Below, one piece after another: positions 9,500 through 20,165 of a DNA stretch of 64,000 nt (position 1 is its first letter; every line of letters begins with the position of its first letter). Position numbers and translations under genes: made by a program. Source of the stretch: an uncultured bacterium (lineage in GTDB: Bacteria > Chloroflexota > UBA5177 > JANWHV01); contig CAWHAE010000016.1 in assembly GCA_963827235.1 (NCBI GenBank), positions 448,001 through 512,000 on the forward strand, written 5' to 3'. Under the pieces are notes generated by a model. The model did no database searches. It was not told the origin of the DNA and saw only the letters and a program-made list of their open reading frames with translations.

Positions 9500-10860
9500 G
9501 GCCCAGGCTGCGGCGCGTGGATCCCACGCCTCTTACGCGGCTCGATACGCGGACTGGTCCGCTGAGCCCGCGGCAGATGGAAGCAGAGCAAGCGAGCGGC
9601 TTCATGGGTGTGCTGAGCAACCGCGCCTTCCTGCGGCTCTGGATCGCACAGGCATTTTCGCAAACTGCGCAGAACATGGTGTGGTACGCCTTGTTCCTGC
9701 AGATTGCGCGCCTCTCCGCAGGCGCCCCCGTGGCGGTCGGCGCCATGATCATGATGGTGCAACTGCCGACGATTCTTTTCGCAGGGCTTTCCGGTATTCT
9801 CGTGGACAGATTCAGCAAGCACCACATCCTGGTCTTCAGCAACGCCATGCGCACGATCGGATGCCTGGGCTATGTCGTGTTCCTCAACCATGTCTCGGCC
9901 CTCTATGCCATCACCTTTTTCGTCGCCGTGGTGAACCAACCCTTCCAGCCGGCGGAGAGTGCAACCATTCCTCTCCTCGTGAGTGAGCGGCTTCTCCTGC
10001 CGGCCAACGCACTCTTCCAGATCACGTTTATGTGTTCACAGGTTCTGGGATACGTGGCGGGCCCGATTCTGGCCGGCTTTCCGGCCATCGGCGTGCAGAA
10101 GACGATGGTGATCAGTGCGGTATTCCTGGCCGCGGCTGCCACGGTCCTGATCGGGCTTCCCGAGATCACGCGCGAGCGGCGCAAAGTGGCGGGAAGTGAG
10201 AGCGCGCGTCACGCGGTATTCCAGGTTTGGCTTGAGCTCGTCGAGGTTGCACGGGTAGTGGCCATGGATAAGCGGCTTACCGTGGCACTGGTCCAGCTGA
10301 GCCTTGCGCCGGCCGTGCTGTTGGTGCTCAGCGAGCTGGGTCCCAAGTACGTGAAAGATCTCATGGCCACCAGCCAGTACAATGCCATGATCTGGCTGAT
10401 CGCTCCTGCCGGAGCCGGCCTCGGCGTCGGCATGTACCTCATCGACCGCATTGGGCACCGCATGCCCAAGGGCCGCGTAGCTTCAGCGGCCATGGTCGCC
10501 ACCGGCATTGCCCTGGGCGCTCTGGCCGTCGTGCCCAACGTAACCGGAGTGCTGCTCAGCTACGCACAAGTGAGCCGCACTCTTGGTGCCGCGTGCATGA
10601 CGGTGCCCATCAGCTTTGTGTTGGGCGTAGCCACGTCGCTGCTGGTGGCCCCCGCGCAGACGATCGTCCAGGAACGGGCCGACGCCAACCTGCGAGGCCG
10701 CGTGCTCGCGGTACAGCAGGCCCTCGCCGCGGCGGTCACCATTCCACCGCTGATCGCCGTGGCAGCAGTTGGCCAGTTGCTCACCACATCGCAAACGATG
10801 GGAATCCTGGCCGGGGTGGTCGTCATTGCCGGCCTGTTGAGCACGCGGGCTGCAGTGTAG
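9496..10860 (+). CDS. MFS transporter (DHA3/EntS-like exporter)
   Basis: About 12 hydrophobic segments, GILVDRFSK, LRGRV; ATGA overlap with the GT4 stop. Confidence 0.88.
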   Translation: MRPRLRRVDPTPLTRLDTRTGPLSPRQMEAEQASGFMGVLSNRAFLRLWIAQAFSQTAQNMVWYALFLQIARLSAGAPVAVGAMIMMVQLPTILFAGLSGILVDRFSKHHILVFSNAMRTIGCLGYVVFLNHVSALYAITFFVAVVNQPFQPAESATIPLLVSERLLLPANALFQITFMCSQVLGYVAGPILAGFPAIGVQKTMVISAVFLAAAATVLIGLPEITRERRKVAGSESARHAVFQVWLELVEVARVVAMDKRLTVALVQLSLAPAVLLVLSELGPKYVKDLMATSQYNAMIWLIAPAGAGLGVGMYLIDRIGHRMPKGRVASAAMVATGIALGALAVVPNVTGVLLSYAQVSRTLGAACMTVPISFVLGVATSLLVAPAQTIVQERADANLRGRVLAVQQALAAAVTIPPLIAVAAVGQLLTTSQTMGILAGVVVIAGLLSTRAAV

Positions 10861-10939
10861 CCTGGGTGGCCGGCCCGGCCCAGAGGCCATCGCACCCCGC
10901 CGGCACCTCTTCCCGCTGAAGTGCACAGAGACTCTGCCG

Positions 10940-12061
10940 CTATGGCTGCAGTCCAGAGGCGTGCAGATAGTTGTCGAAGGCCGCCAGCGCTTCCGGCATG
11001 TTCAGGCGGCCAAATCCGACCCGCACGTGGCCGGGGCAAGAAAAGGCTTCTCCGGGCGCGAGCAGGACGCCCGACCGCGACACGAGTTCGCGGCAGAACG
11101 TCGCGGCGTCGGCTTCTTCCACGAGTCGCGGGAAGCCGACCGAGCCGGCCAGGGGACGTGCCCACTGCAAGACCCGATGGTTCCGAGCAATGAAACCGTC
11201 CAGCAGGTCCAGGTTCCGGCGCACTATCCCGAGGTTACGGGTCAACAGCCGCGCCCTGTGCCGCAGGGCCACTGCTGCCAGGTACTCGCTGGGCGCGCTG
11301 TTGCAGATAGTCGTGTAGTCCTTCGCGGCGGCGATCGCGCCCAGAACGCGCAGATTGCGCGTAGCAATCCAGCCGATGCGAAGTCCGGCAAGACCGTAGG
11401 ACTTGGACATCACGCCGAGAGACACCGCGTGCTCGGAGAGATCACAGGCCGCCGGCAGCATCATCTCCGGCTCGTACTCCAGCTCCCGGTATACCTCGTC
11501 ACTGAAGACGACAACGTCACGGGCGTCGGCGAGCCGGAGTATCTGCTCGAACATGCCGCGAGTGAAATGGAACCCGGAGGGATTGTGCGGCGAGTTGATA
11601 TAGAGAGCCCGTGTGTTTGGCCGGAACAGCAGCTCGAGCTCACCCAGATCGGGCTCCCACTTCCGTTCGTAACGGCAAGCCCATTCCGCGACCTCGCATC
11701 CTATGCCGCGTGGCACTGAGAGAGCCGACTGATAGCAGGGAGTCTGCACGATCACGTGGTCGCCCGCCTGAACGAGGCTCTGGAAGAACAGGAATATTGC
11801 CTCCTCGGCTCCGGTGTGCACCAGTACCTGCGAGGCGTCCAGAACGCGGTACAGCCGGGCTATCTCCGCGCGAAGGGCAGGCGAGCCGGGCGACTCGGTG
11901 TAGCCAAGCGGCAGCTCCAGCAGCCGATCGGCGGCGTCCGGCTCCATTGCCAGCAGATCGCCTACCGTCGTCGACTCACTGTCGCTCGCACAGAGAAGGT
12001 ACCGAGAGGTAAACTCGTGCTCGGCGAAGTACCTTTCCAGCTGAAACGGTTCTCGCAGCAC
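10940..12061 (-). CDS. PLP-dependent aminotransferase class I/II
   Basis: NSPHNPSG, SDEVY, SKSYGLAGLRIGW. Confidence 0.9.
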   Translation of the reverse strand: MLREPFQLERYFAEHEFTSRYLLCASDSESTTVGDLLAMEPDAADRLLELPLGYTESPGSPALRAEIARLYRVLDASQVLVHTGAEEAIFLFFQSLVQAGDHVIVQTPCYQSALSVPRGIGCEVAEWACRYERKWEPDLGELELLFRPNTRALYINSPHNPSGFHFTRGMFEQILRLADARDVVVFSDEVYRELEYEPEMMLPAACDLSEHAVSLGVMSKSYGLAGLRIGWIATRNLRVLGAIAAAKDYTTICNSAPSEYLAAVALRHRARLLTRNLGIVRRNLDLLDGFIARNHRVLQWARPLAGSVGFPRLVEEADAATFCRELVSRSGVLLAPGEAFSCPGHVRVGFGRLNMPEALAAFDNYLHASGLQP

Positions 12062-12100
12062 GATGCTCGCCTCCCCCTCCGAACTGGCGGACTCTTGTCG

Positions 12101-13153
12101 CTAGCCCAGGAGCCCCTGAGCCTTCAACAGCTCTGCGTTGAGCACCGAGCCGCCTGCGGCGCCACGCATCACGTTGCTGCCCAGCGCGACGAACTTGAGG
12201 CCCAGGATCGCGCAGTCGCGCAAGCGGCCCACGCTCACCGACATGCCGTTGCCCGCGTCGCGATCGAGCCTGGTCTGCGGCCGGTTGGGCTCCGTGCGGA
12301 GGATCACCGGGTGCTCGGGCGCCGTCGGCAGACCAAGCTCCTGCGGAAGGCTGCTGTACGTGCGGAATACCTCGGCCACCTCGTCGAGCGAGGCCGGGCG
12401 GCTCAGTGCCGCGGAGACACACTCAAGGTGGCCGTCGCGAGTAGCAACGCGGTTGCAGTGGGCGCTCATGACGATTCCGGCAGGCCGGACGGCATTATCC
12501 GCATACGCGCCGAGCATTTTCAGCGGCTCCGCCTCCAGCTTGGGCTCCTCTCCGCCGATGAAAGGAATGGCGTTGTCCAGGATGTCGAGCGAAGGCAGGC
12601 CCGGATAGCCGGCGCCGGAAACCGCCTGCAGGGTTGTCACCAGCACCTTGTCCAGGCCAAATGCCTTATGTAGCGGATGCAGTGCCGTCACCAGCACGGC
12701 GGCGCAGCAGTTCGGATTGGTCACGATGTAGCCGGACCAGCCTTTGCGGCGCTGCTGCTCACGAAGGATGGCGGAATGCTCGTGATTCACTTCGGGCACG
12801 AGCAAAGGCACAAGCGGGTCCATGCGGTGGCTCGACGCATTGCTGAACACGTAGTAACCGCGCCGCGCGTAGTCGGCCTCTACCTCGCCGGCCACGTCCG
12901 ATGGTAGTGCGGAAAAGACGACGCGAGCGTCGAGGTCGCTGCCCAGCGGGAGCACGGTCTGGTCGCGCGCCGCAGCCGGCATATCCGAGCCCAGCAGCCA
13001 GCGGCAGGCGTCTGAATAGCTCCTGCCGGCCGAGCGGTCCGAAGCCACGAGACCTTTGAGCTCGAACCACGGATGCTTAGCTGTCAAGCTGACAAAATAC
13101 TGGCCGACCATGCCCGTGGCACCGAGCACGGCGACCGGAATACGCTCGCTCAT
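12101..13153 (-). CDS. asd: Aspartate-semialdehyde dehydrogenase (archaeal/fungal-type clade)
   Basis: VLGATGMVGQ, SNASSHRM, NPNCC, QAVSGAGY, RGAAG. Confidence 0.95.
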   Translation of the reverse strand: MSERIPVAVLGATGMVGQYFVSLTAKHPWFELKGLVASDRSAGRSYSDACRWLLGSDMPAAARDQTVLPLGSDLDARVVFSALPSDVAGEVEADYARRGYYVFSNASSHRMDPLVPLLVPEVNHEHSAILREQQRRKGWSGYIVTNPNCCAAVLVTALHPLHKAFGLDKVLVTTLQAVSGAGYPGLPSLDILDNAIPFIGGEEPKLEAEPLKMLGAYADNAVRPAGIVMSAHCNRVATRDGHLECVSAALSRPASLDEVAEVFRTYSSLPQELGLPTAPEHPVILRTEPNRPQTRLDRDAGNGMSVSVGRLRDCAILGLKFVALGSNVMRGAAGGSVLNAELLKAQGLLG

Positions 13154-14551
13154 TCAATATCCTCCACGAATTCTCGATGCGCAGCACGCACGGCCTCCAG
13201 TGCCTGCTCATCCGACACCACCAGGGAGATGTTGTACTCGTTGGAGCCCTGGGCAATGGCCATCACGTTGATACCGCTGGCTCCGAGGCAGGAGAAGAGG
13301 CGGCCGGCGATCCCGGGCGTGCCAGCCATACCGGCGCCGACCACGGTGACGATCGCCACCGGACGCTTGGCACTCACCGAATCCACCGCGTGCGTGCTCA
13401 GCTCGTCGGCCAGCTGGCGGCTCAACGTCTCCTGCGTCCTCTCGACCTGCGAGTCGGGTATGACGAAGCATATGTTGCTTTCAGACGACGCCTGCGAAAT
13501 CATCAGCACGTTCGTGTTTGCCTGCGCCACGGCACCGAATACGCGCGCGGCTGCGCCCACGACTCCCGAGAGGCCTACGCCCTGCACGGTCACTAGGGCC
13601 TGGTGCCTAATCGCGGTCACAGCCTTGACGGCGTGCGGCGTGACCTCGGTTGCAGCGGTCAACACAGTTCCGGGAAGCTCGGGGTTGAAGCTGTTGACGA
13701 TGCGGTAGGGGACACCCGCTTCCACGGCCGGAAGTATCGACGCCGGATGTAGCACCTTACTGCCGAAGTATGCGAGCTCGGCTGCCTCGGCGTACGAGAG
13801 CGAGGGAAGCGGCTTGGCCTGCGGCACAGCTCGCGGGTCTGCGCTCATGATCCCATCCGAATCCGTCCATTTCCACACCTCGTCGGCGCCAAGCAAAGCG
13901 CCCAGCACGGCAGCCGAGTAGTCGGACGCGTTCCGTCCGAAGGTTGTGGTGGCACCGTCCTCGGTGGCACCGATGAAGCCGGTGATGACTGGAATGATGC
14001 CGCCTTCGATCAGTGGGAGGAGGCGCTCACGGGTGCGGATCCTGCTTGGCGGCACGAGCACGCGAGCATTTCCGTGGTTCGCAGTGGTCAGGAACAGCTC
14101 CTCGGCGCTGACGGATGCGCTGGCATGTCCGCGAGCCGCGATTGCCGCGGCGACAATAGGTGCCGACAGCTTCTCGCCGTAGCCGCTGACTGCATCGATC
14201 AGATCGGGCGGAGAGCTCGCCGAGCAAAGCGATGCCGGTGCAGATCTCGTGCAGTTCGACGAAGGCGTCGTCGAGCGATTGCTTCACGTCGGTGGACGTA
14301 CCGGGGGCCGCTTGAGACAGCGCCTCGAAATGCCTGTCGCGCAGCGCACCAAGGTGTGCTTCCACCGACGAGAGGGCCCTGCGGCCCTGCAGGGCGAGAC
14401 GCGCCACGCCCAGTAATCCGTCCGTGACGCCACCCATGGCGGACACCACGACCACCGGCGAGCGGTCCAGATATCGCAGAACGAGGTCCGCCGCGTACTG
14501 AATTCTCTCTCCGCTGGCCAGCGACGAGCCGCCAAACTTCATCACTATCAT
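13150..14551 (-). CDS. lysC: Aspartate kinase with two ACT domains (apparent +1 frameshift near 14200)
   Basis: MIVMKFGGSS; GEKLSA; TTFGRNASDYSA; WTDSDGIMSADPR; C-terminal ACT repeats. Confidence 0.9.
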
Positions 14552-14643
14552 GAGAGCTCCACTCTTTCTCGCCGCAACCGTCGTCGCCTCACACGGCCCA
14601 GCATCATACAGCCTCCGGGGTTCTGACAACTTCCGGCCTGCGC

Positions 14644-16391
14644 CTAGCCGGTTACGCACTGCCCGGCGGCGCAAGACTGGGTCGCGGGCCGAGCCGCGAC
14701 CAGGGTGAGACGAACTCGAGCCCGTCCCTGCCAAGCATCCACAGCCAGTGTATATGCTATATCGAATTGCCCGGCCCCTTGCCAACCAGCGTCATGCCGC
14801 CACCATTTGACCGGCCGCTCCACACCTCGGCGATCGGCAAAGACGAGATCCGCGAATGCCCCTTCCTTTCCGAATGGCCTTCGCGCCACAAGCCGCACGT
14901 CGCGGGTAACGAGCACGGGGGTCGGATTACTTTCCCAGAAGGGCTCCAACGGAGAAGCCTCGTGATAGAGCGCATCAGCGCTCACCTCGCCACCCTCCGG
15001 CACCGACCAATCGACCTCCCCGTCGATGCGCAGCTCGCCGTCGCCTCGAGGCAGCTCACTTACCGCGCCGGCAAGCGCAGCGGCCAGAGCATCGATGTCG
15101 TCCGCTCGCAGAGAGAATCCCGCGGCGCCCGGGTGGCCGCCCCACTCAATCAACAGGCTCGAGTGCGCAGAGAGGGCGGCCAGTATGTCGCATGTGCCGG
15201 GGCTTCGCGCCGAGCCGCGCGCTACCGGCTGTCCGGGAGTCCTGCTGATGATCACTGCCGGGCGCTTATAGAGCGCGGCGTAATGGCTGGCCGCCGGGCC
15301 GATCAGACCGAGGTGCCAGCCGTCGCCCGCCGCGAAGATTATTGGCCCGGCGGCGGCTCCCTCTGTCCGCAAGCTGCGCGTCGATTTCGTGTTCCAGCAA
15401 TTCGGCTAGCCGCTGGCGCTCCGAGTTCAGATCCAGGAGCTGCTCCGCCAGCGCTCTGGCCCTCTCACGTGTGGTCTCCAGCAGCAGCTCGACACCGAGA
15501 GCCGCGTCGGCGAGACGCCCGGATGCATTGAGCAGCGGCGCGAGCTGTAGTGATCTTCGTGGAATCCAGCGGCGTGGCCGGTGCTCCGATCAGACGAAGC
15601 AGGGCCGCGATGCCGGGCCGGGGCTTCTTCCACAACCGGGGTAGCCCGCGTGCGAGAAAGGCTCGGCTGGCCAGCGTCATCGGTGCCAGATCGGCAATGA
15701 TCCCGAGAGCGACCAGGTCGAGCGCATCCCGCGCGTGACCCGGCGTGTCGCGTCTATGGCACAAGTCCCGCACCACGAGGTAGGCCATCGCGACCCCGGG
15801 TATGCCCCACACCGGATCGCTCGGATCGACCTGTGACGAATTGCAGACCGTCACAGCCGCCGGCTGGTCGCCAGTCTGCAGATGGTGGTCGGTAACGATC
15901 ACATCGATGCCGAGCTTCCCCGCGTGCGCGATCTGGGCGACGTCGTTGGTGCCGCAATCGCAGGTGATGATCAGGCTACAGCCCACTGCGGCCAATCTAT
16001 CGATGCCCGGCTCGTTGAGACCATGTGACTCGGTGAAACGCCGCGGGATGTAGAACTCGACGGAGCCGCCCATCTTCCTCAGAGCACCAACCAATAGAGC
16101 CGTCGCAGTCTGGCCGTCCACGTCGAAGTCGCCCCATACCCATATCCGCTCGCCTCGCGCGAGGGCCGATTCTAAGCGGTCAACCGCTGCCACCAACCAT
16201 GGATAGGTCCCGGCAGGCGGCAATCTGAACTCAAGTGGATAGAGGAATTGGCGCGCCTCTGCGTGCGTCGTGAAGCCCCTGCGCCAGACGAGTTCTCGCG
16301 TCAAACGAGCGCAGTCCGCGAGAAAGTCCTCGGGAAGCTCCACCGTCTCCGGCATCTGCCAGCACTGTGGCCCTACGCCTTGTACCTGCAC
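14644..16391 (-). CDS. recJ: Single-stranded DNA exonuclease RecJ (two apparent +1 frameshifts near 15551 and 15362)
   Basis: GDFDVDG, TCDCG, TDHH, GIIAD, middle-frame LAPLLNASGRL, RGSARS, GGHPGAAG, PLEPF. Confidence 0.88.
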
Positions 16392-16598
16392 GTCAACGTC
16401 CGCCCACTAGCTCACCCGACATCCGGCGGACACTACCGGCCCGCAGGCCCGACTGCCCGGTACACGAGCCAATACCAACCGCACTCTGCGATGGCGGAGA
16501 CCCGGCAGGTATGCACCTTGCTGCGCATCGCTAGTATAGTAACGGATGGCAGGCGGCTCTTGCTCATGCCATAGCCGGTCAGATCCGGGCACGGCGTG

Positions 16599-17399
16599 CT
16601 AGGGCCACCAGCCGCTCCACGGGGCGCGCCGCCGCTCAATGCCAGGATCCGGGTGCACTCGGCTCCGGAGCAGCCTGCCCAACCGCGCTGTCGCGGCGTC
16701 GATCTCGTTGTCCGTGATCAGCGTTCTCAGCCGGGCGCGCAGATCTCCGCTTCGATTGAGCTCATGGCAGAGCTGTGTAAGGTCCTCCAGCAAATCAGCC
16801 GGGATCGGCTCTCCCGCGAAATCCCAAATGACTGTACGGAGCTTTGGCTCGGGATGGAAGGTCAGCCCATGGTCAATGGCCCAGGTGCGTCCCGCCAGAT
16901 CCTGTATGCAGTGCTCCGACTTCCGGTCAGCGTTGTTCAGTACCCAGTCCAGCAGCGCTATCTGTTCGGCCGCGGCGCGGTCCCTGCGCGCCGGCGACAC
17001 GAAGTAGGTCTCGGGATCGTGCTCGATGAACAGCTGCATCGAGCCTACGCCGAGTGGGCCGTCTCTCGCCACGGTGGGCGGCACCAAAGGCCAACCGACG
17101 CCCTCGCTCAGCAGGTATGTGGCCACCTCACGGCGGTAGAGCGATCCGTTGGGAAAATCCCAGAGTGGTGCCTCGCCACGGCGCGGTTTGTATACGGCGT
17201 GGCTCTTGCCGGCACACGGATGTTCCAGTGTCACCAGAAACGTGCTATTGCTGCCCCACATAATCGGCCGCACTTGCACGACCTTCGCGGTGTTGAGATG
17301 CTCGAGTAGGGAGGGCATAGATGGAGACCAGCTCGTCCCCGCCGGCTGCCGGGTCTCGCTTTCCCCCGAGGCCGGTTTCCACTTGCGTCGATGGGCCAT
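16599..17399 (-). CDS. SCO1664-family kinase-like protein (PI3/PI4-kinase-like fold)
   Basis: GSNSTFL, YKPRRGEAPLWDFP, REVATY, NNADRK, IDHGLTFH, KLRTVIWDFAG. Confidence 0.85.
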   Translation of the reverse strand: MAHRRKWKPASGESETRQPAGTSWSPSMPSLLEHLNTAKVVQVRPIMWGSNSTFLVTLEHPCAGKSHAVYKPRRGEAPLWDFPNGSLYRREVATYLLSEGVGWPLVPPTVARDGPLGVGSMQLFIEHDPETYFVSPARRDRAAAEQIALLDWVLNNADRKSEHCIQDLAGRTWAIDHGLTFHPEPKLRTVIWDFAGEPIPADLLEDLTQLCHELNRSGDLRARLRTLITDNEIDAATARLGRLLRSRVHPDPGIERRRAPWSGWWP

Positions 17400-17525
17400 A
17401 GCACGTACTCCTTGCGATAGAGCGTACCGGAACAATGAGAACGATGCGACCGCCAAGAATCGCCTAAGCCCCTGCCCAGCCGCGATGCCTGGTACACTGC
17501 TGCACACTCGGAGGCTAATCAGCCT

Positions 17526-17993
17526 ATGAAGGCCGTACTGCAACGCGTGGAGCGCGCCTCGGTGCGCATACTGTCCGCCGATACGAGCCATGATCAGGAA
17601 GCCGAGCGAGCGATCGGCCTTGGATTCGTAGTGTTGCTTGGCGTTGCGCGCGGCGACGATCGTGGCGATGTGGATCGTCTGGTCGACCGGATCACGGGCA
17701 TGCGGGTCTTCGCAGATAAGAACGGCAAGATGAATCTGAGCATCGAGAATGTGGGTGGCCAGCTTCTGGTCGTGTCGCAATTCACGTTGCTGGCCGACAC
17801 CCGAGGCGGCCGGCGGCCGAGCTTCACGGGCGCGGCGCCTCCCGCGGAGAGCAGGGCACTCTATGAGTACGCCATCGAGCGGTTCCGCGCTGCCGGCGTG
17901 GTGGTTGCCACCGGAGAGTTCGGCGCCCACATGCACGTCGAGCTTGTCAACGACGGGCCGGTGACGATCGTGCTCGATACTCGCGAGCCCTGA
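17526..17993 (+). CDS. dtd: D-aminoacyl-tRNA deacylase
   Basis: MKAVLQRV, VSQFTL, GRRPSF, NDGPVT. Confidence 0.96.
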   Translation: MKAVLQRVERASVRILSADTSHDQEAERAIGLGFVVLLGVARGDDRGDVDRLVDRITGMRVFADKNGKMNLSIENVGGQLLVVSQFTLLADTRGGRRPSFTGAAPPAESRALYEYAIERFRAAGVVVATGEFGAHMHVELVNDGPVTIVLDTREP

Positions 17994-17995
17994 GG

Positions 17996-18280
17996 CTAGC
18001 CGGCCGGATCCGGCCGATCCGACCAAAGCGTGCTTGCTACGGCGCGGAGCTGCTCCGTCGTCGTGCGGCTGCTCGCGGGTTCGGACCGATCGGCCTGCAA
18101 TGCCAGCGCAATTCCCGATGCGATCAGCTGTTTCTCCGCCTCATCGAGATCGGACTGGTCGTCGAAAAACGGGTGGTCGATCGCCCAGTCGGTGAGCTCT
18201 TCGGTCGACAGGCGGTCGTCAAGGTACTCGCCGATTCGCAGAGCGATCTCGGCTCGCCAGAGATCGCCTTTGCGCGACAC
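17996..18280 (-). CDS. Hypothetical small acidic helical protein (94 aa)
   Basis: GGAGG RBS then GTG, 34 bp after the rpoD stop; protein-like composition. Confidence 0.7.
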   Translation of the reverse strand: MSRKGDLWRAEIALRIGEYLDDRLSTEELTDWAIDHPFFDDQSDLDEAEKQLIASGIALALQADRSEPASSRTTTEQLRAVASTLWSDRPDPAG

Positions 18281-18314
18281 GGATGGCCCTCCACGTTCCG
18301 GTTGCCGGTCACAC

Positions 18315-20165
18315 TCAGTCGAGGTAGTCCTTCAGCTTGCGGCTCCGCGACGGATGCCGGAGCTTGCGAAGCGCCTTTGCCTCGATCTGCCGGATGCGCT
18401 CCCGGGTCACGCCGAACTCCTTGCCAACTTCCTCGAGCGTCCGCGTACGGCCGTCCTCGAGCCCGAAGCGCAGTTGCAGTACCTTTCGCTCCCTGAGGGT
18501 CAACGAGGCGAGCACGTCCTCGACCTGCTCCTTGAGCAGCTGATGCGACGCTGCATCTTGCGGCGCCGTGGCTCCCGCGTCCTCGATGAAGTCGCCGAGA
18601 TGGCTGTCCTCTTCCTCGCCGATCGGCGTCTCGAGCGACACCGGCTCCTGCGAGACTTTCATGATCTCGCGCACCTTTTCAGGCGCGATATCCATCTTCT
18701 GCGCAATCTCTTCCGAGGTCGGCTCGCGACCCAGTTCTTGCAACAGCTTGCGCGACTCGCGGATCAGCTTGTTGATGGTCTCTACCATGTGCACCGGTAT
18801 GCGAATCGTCCGCGCCTGGTCGGCGATCGCGCGAGTGATGGCCTGGCGAATCCACCACGTGGCATAAGTGCTGAACTTGTAGCCCTTCGTGTGATCGAAT
18901 TTCTCGACAGCCCGGATCAGGCCGATATTGCCTTCCTGAATCAGGTCCAGGAGGTTCATGCCGCGGCCAATATACTTCTTCGCGACGCTCACCACCAAGC
19001 GGAGATTGGCCTCCGTCAGGCGGCGGCGCGCGTCCAGGCCGCGGTCGATCACTTCCTGGTTGAACTCCCAGGACTGGATCATTGCCCTAGCCTGATCGAG
19101 ATCCATCTTGACGCGCTTCTCCAGCATCACGGCCAGATCCTCGTCGGTAACGCTCGGACGAGCGCGCTCGTCCCAGATGTCCGCAGCTTCACGATGGCCG
19201 AGTCGCAGCAGCCGAACGAGCTCACGCACCGGCGTCGAGCGTTCCACTTCCTCGCCATTCAGGCGCACGACCCAATACGTGTCCTCCTCGACAACCGGCA
19301 CAATCTCGTCTCCGTCGACCAGCGCCAGGTCGGGGTCGGCGAGAGGATCCAGTTCGTCGGCTACTTCGACTACCTCGGAAACTTCGGCGTCGACAGGAAC
19401 CAGCGGCTCGGACCGGGAGCGCACCGCGAGTGCCACCCCTGCATCCCGTTCGTCTTCGTCGACATCGACCGGTACATCGTCGAGCGCATCCAGGACCGCT
19501 GAGCGCTCGCGCTGCTCGACTTCGACCAGAGCGCGCAGTCGCAACAGCGCCGGTTCGACAGTTGAGGGGACCTGTCCGCACACGGCACCGAGGGAGGTAA
19601 GGGCCCGGGCGACCGTCCCGTCTTCGTGCTTGTCTTCTTCCTGCTTGAGCAATCGCAGAGCGTCGCTGCAGGCGCGATCGGCGCCTTGCTCAGTGAGCCG
19701 TACCAGCGCATCCAGCTCTGCGCAGACGGCAAGCGCGACTGGGTCCTCCGAGCGTAACAGGGACGCCATTCGCCGGATGCCGGCCTCGAGGTTGAGCTCA
19801 TCGACGCCCAGCAGCTTCGCCCAGGCAGCGGCAGCCCTTGTCGCTTCGCGGCATTCGGTCGAGGTCAGTCGAAACAGCTTGATCCCACGAGCGAGGGTGG
19901 CCTGCGCGCGATCGACTTCGCGATCACCCGCCTTCATTGCTATGGCGTACTCGACCTCCTCCTTGCCCTTGAGCAGCCTGACGCGGCCGATCTCCCGGAG
20001 GTACATGCGAACAGGGTCATCAATATTGCCGCCTTCGTCGTCGAATCCCTGGTCTGCGTCGTCGTCGATGCCGGCTTCGAACTCGGGACGGGCACGCAGA
20101 TCTGCTTCGGGACGGGTCGCCCCGTGCCGGAACATTGATTCGGTTTGCTCGCCGTCGTGAATCAC
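18315..20165 (-). CDS. rpoD: RNA polymerase sigma-70 factor, primary type, with large non-conserved insertion
   Basis: [12 protein letters not shown] (1.2), [62 protein letters not shown]. Confidence 0.95.
   Translation of the reverse strand: MIHDGEQTESMFRHGATRPEADLRARPEFEAGIDDDADQGFDDEGGNIDDPVRMYLREIGRVRLLKGKEEVEYAIAMKAGDREVDRAQATLARGIKLFRLTSTECREATRAAAAWAKLLGVDELNLEAGIRRMASLLRSEDPVALAVCAELDALVRLTEQGADRACSDALRLLKQEEDKHEDGTVARALTSLGAVCGQVPSTVEPALLRLRALVEVEQRERSAVLDALDDVPVDVDEDERDAGVALAVRSRSEPLVPVDAEVSEVVEVADELDPLADPDLALVDGDEIVPVVEEDTYWVVRLNGEEVERSTPVRELVRLLRLGHREAADIWDERARPSVTDEDLAVMLEKRVKMDLDQARAMIQSWEFNQEVIDRGLDARRRLTEANLRLVVSVAKKYIGRGMNLLDLIQEGNIGLIRAVEKFDHTKGYKFSTYATWWIRQAITRAIADQARTIRIPVHMVETINKLIRESRKLLQELGREPTSEEIAQKMDIAPEKVREIMKVSQEPVSLETPIGEEEDSHLGDFIEDAGATAPQDAASHQLLKEQVEDVLASLTLRERKVLQLRFGLEDGRTRTLEEVGKEFGVTRERIRQIEAKALRKLRHPSRSRKLKDYLD

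Noticed and set aside
14552-14643. Lysine riboswitch upstream of lysC
   Set aside because: Only ~90 bp separate lysC from recJ, too short, and no AGAGG-type core is present.
19033-19930. Intein in rpoD
   Set aside because: No Cys/Ser N-terminal and His-Asn C-terminal splice motifs, and no LAGLIDADG blocks.
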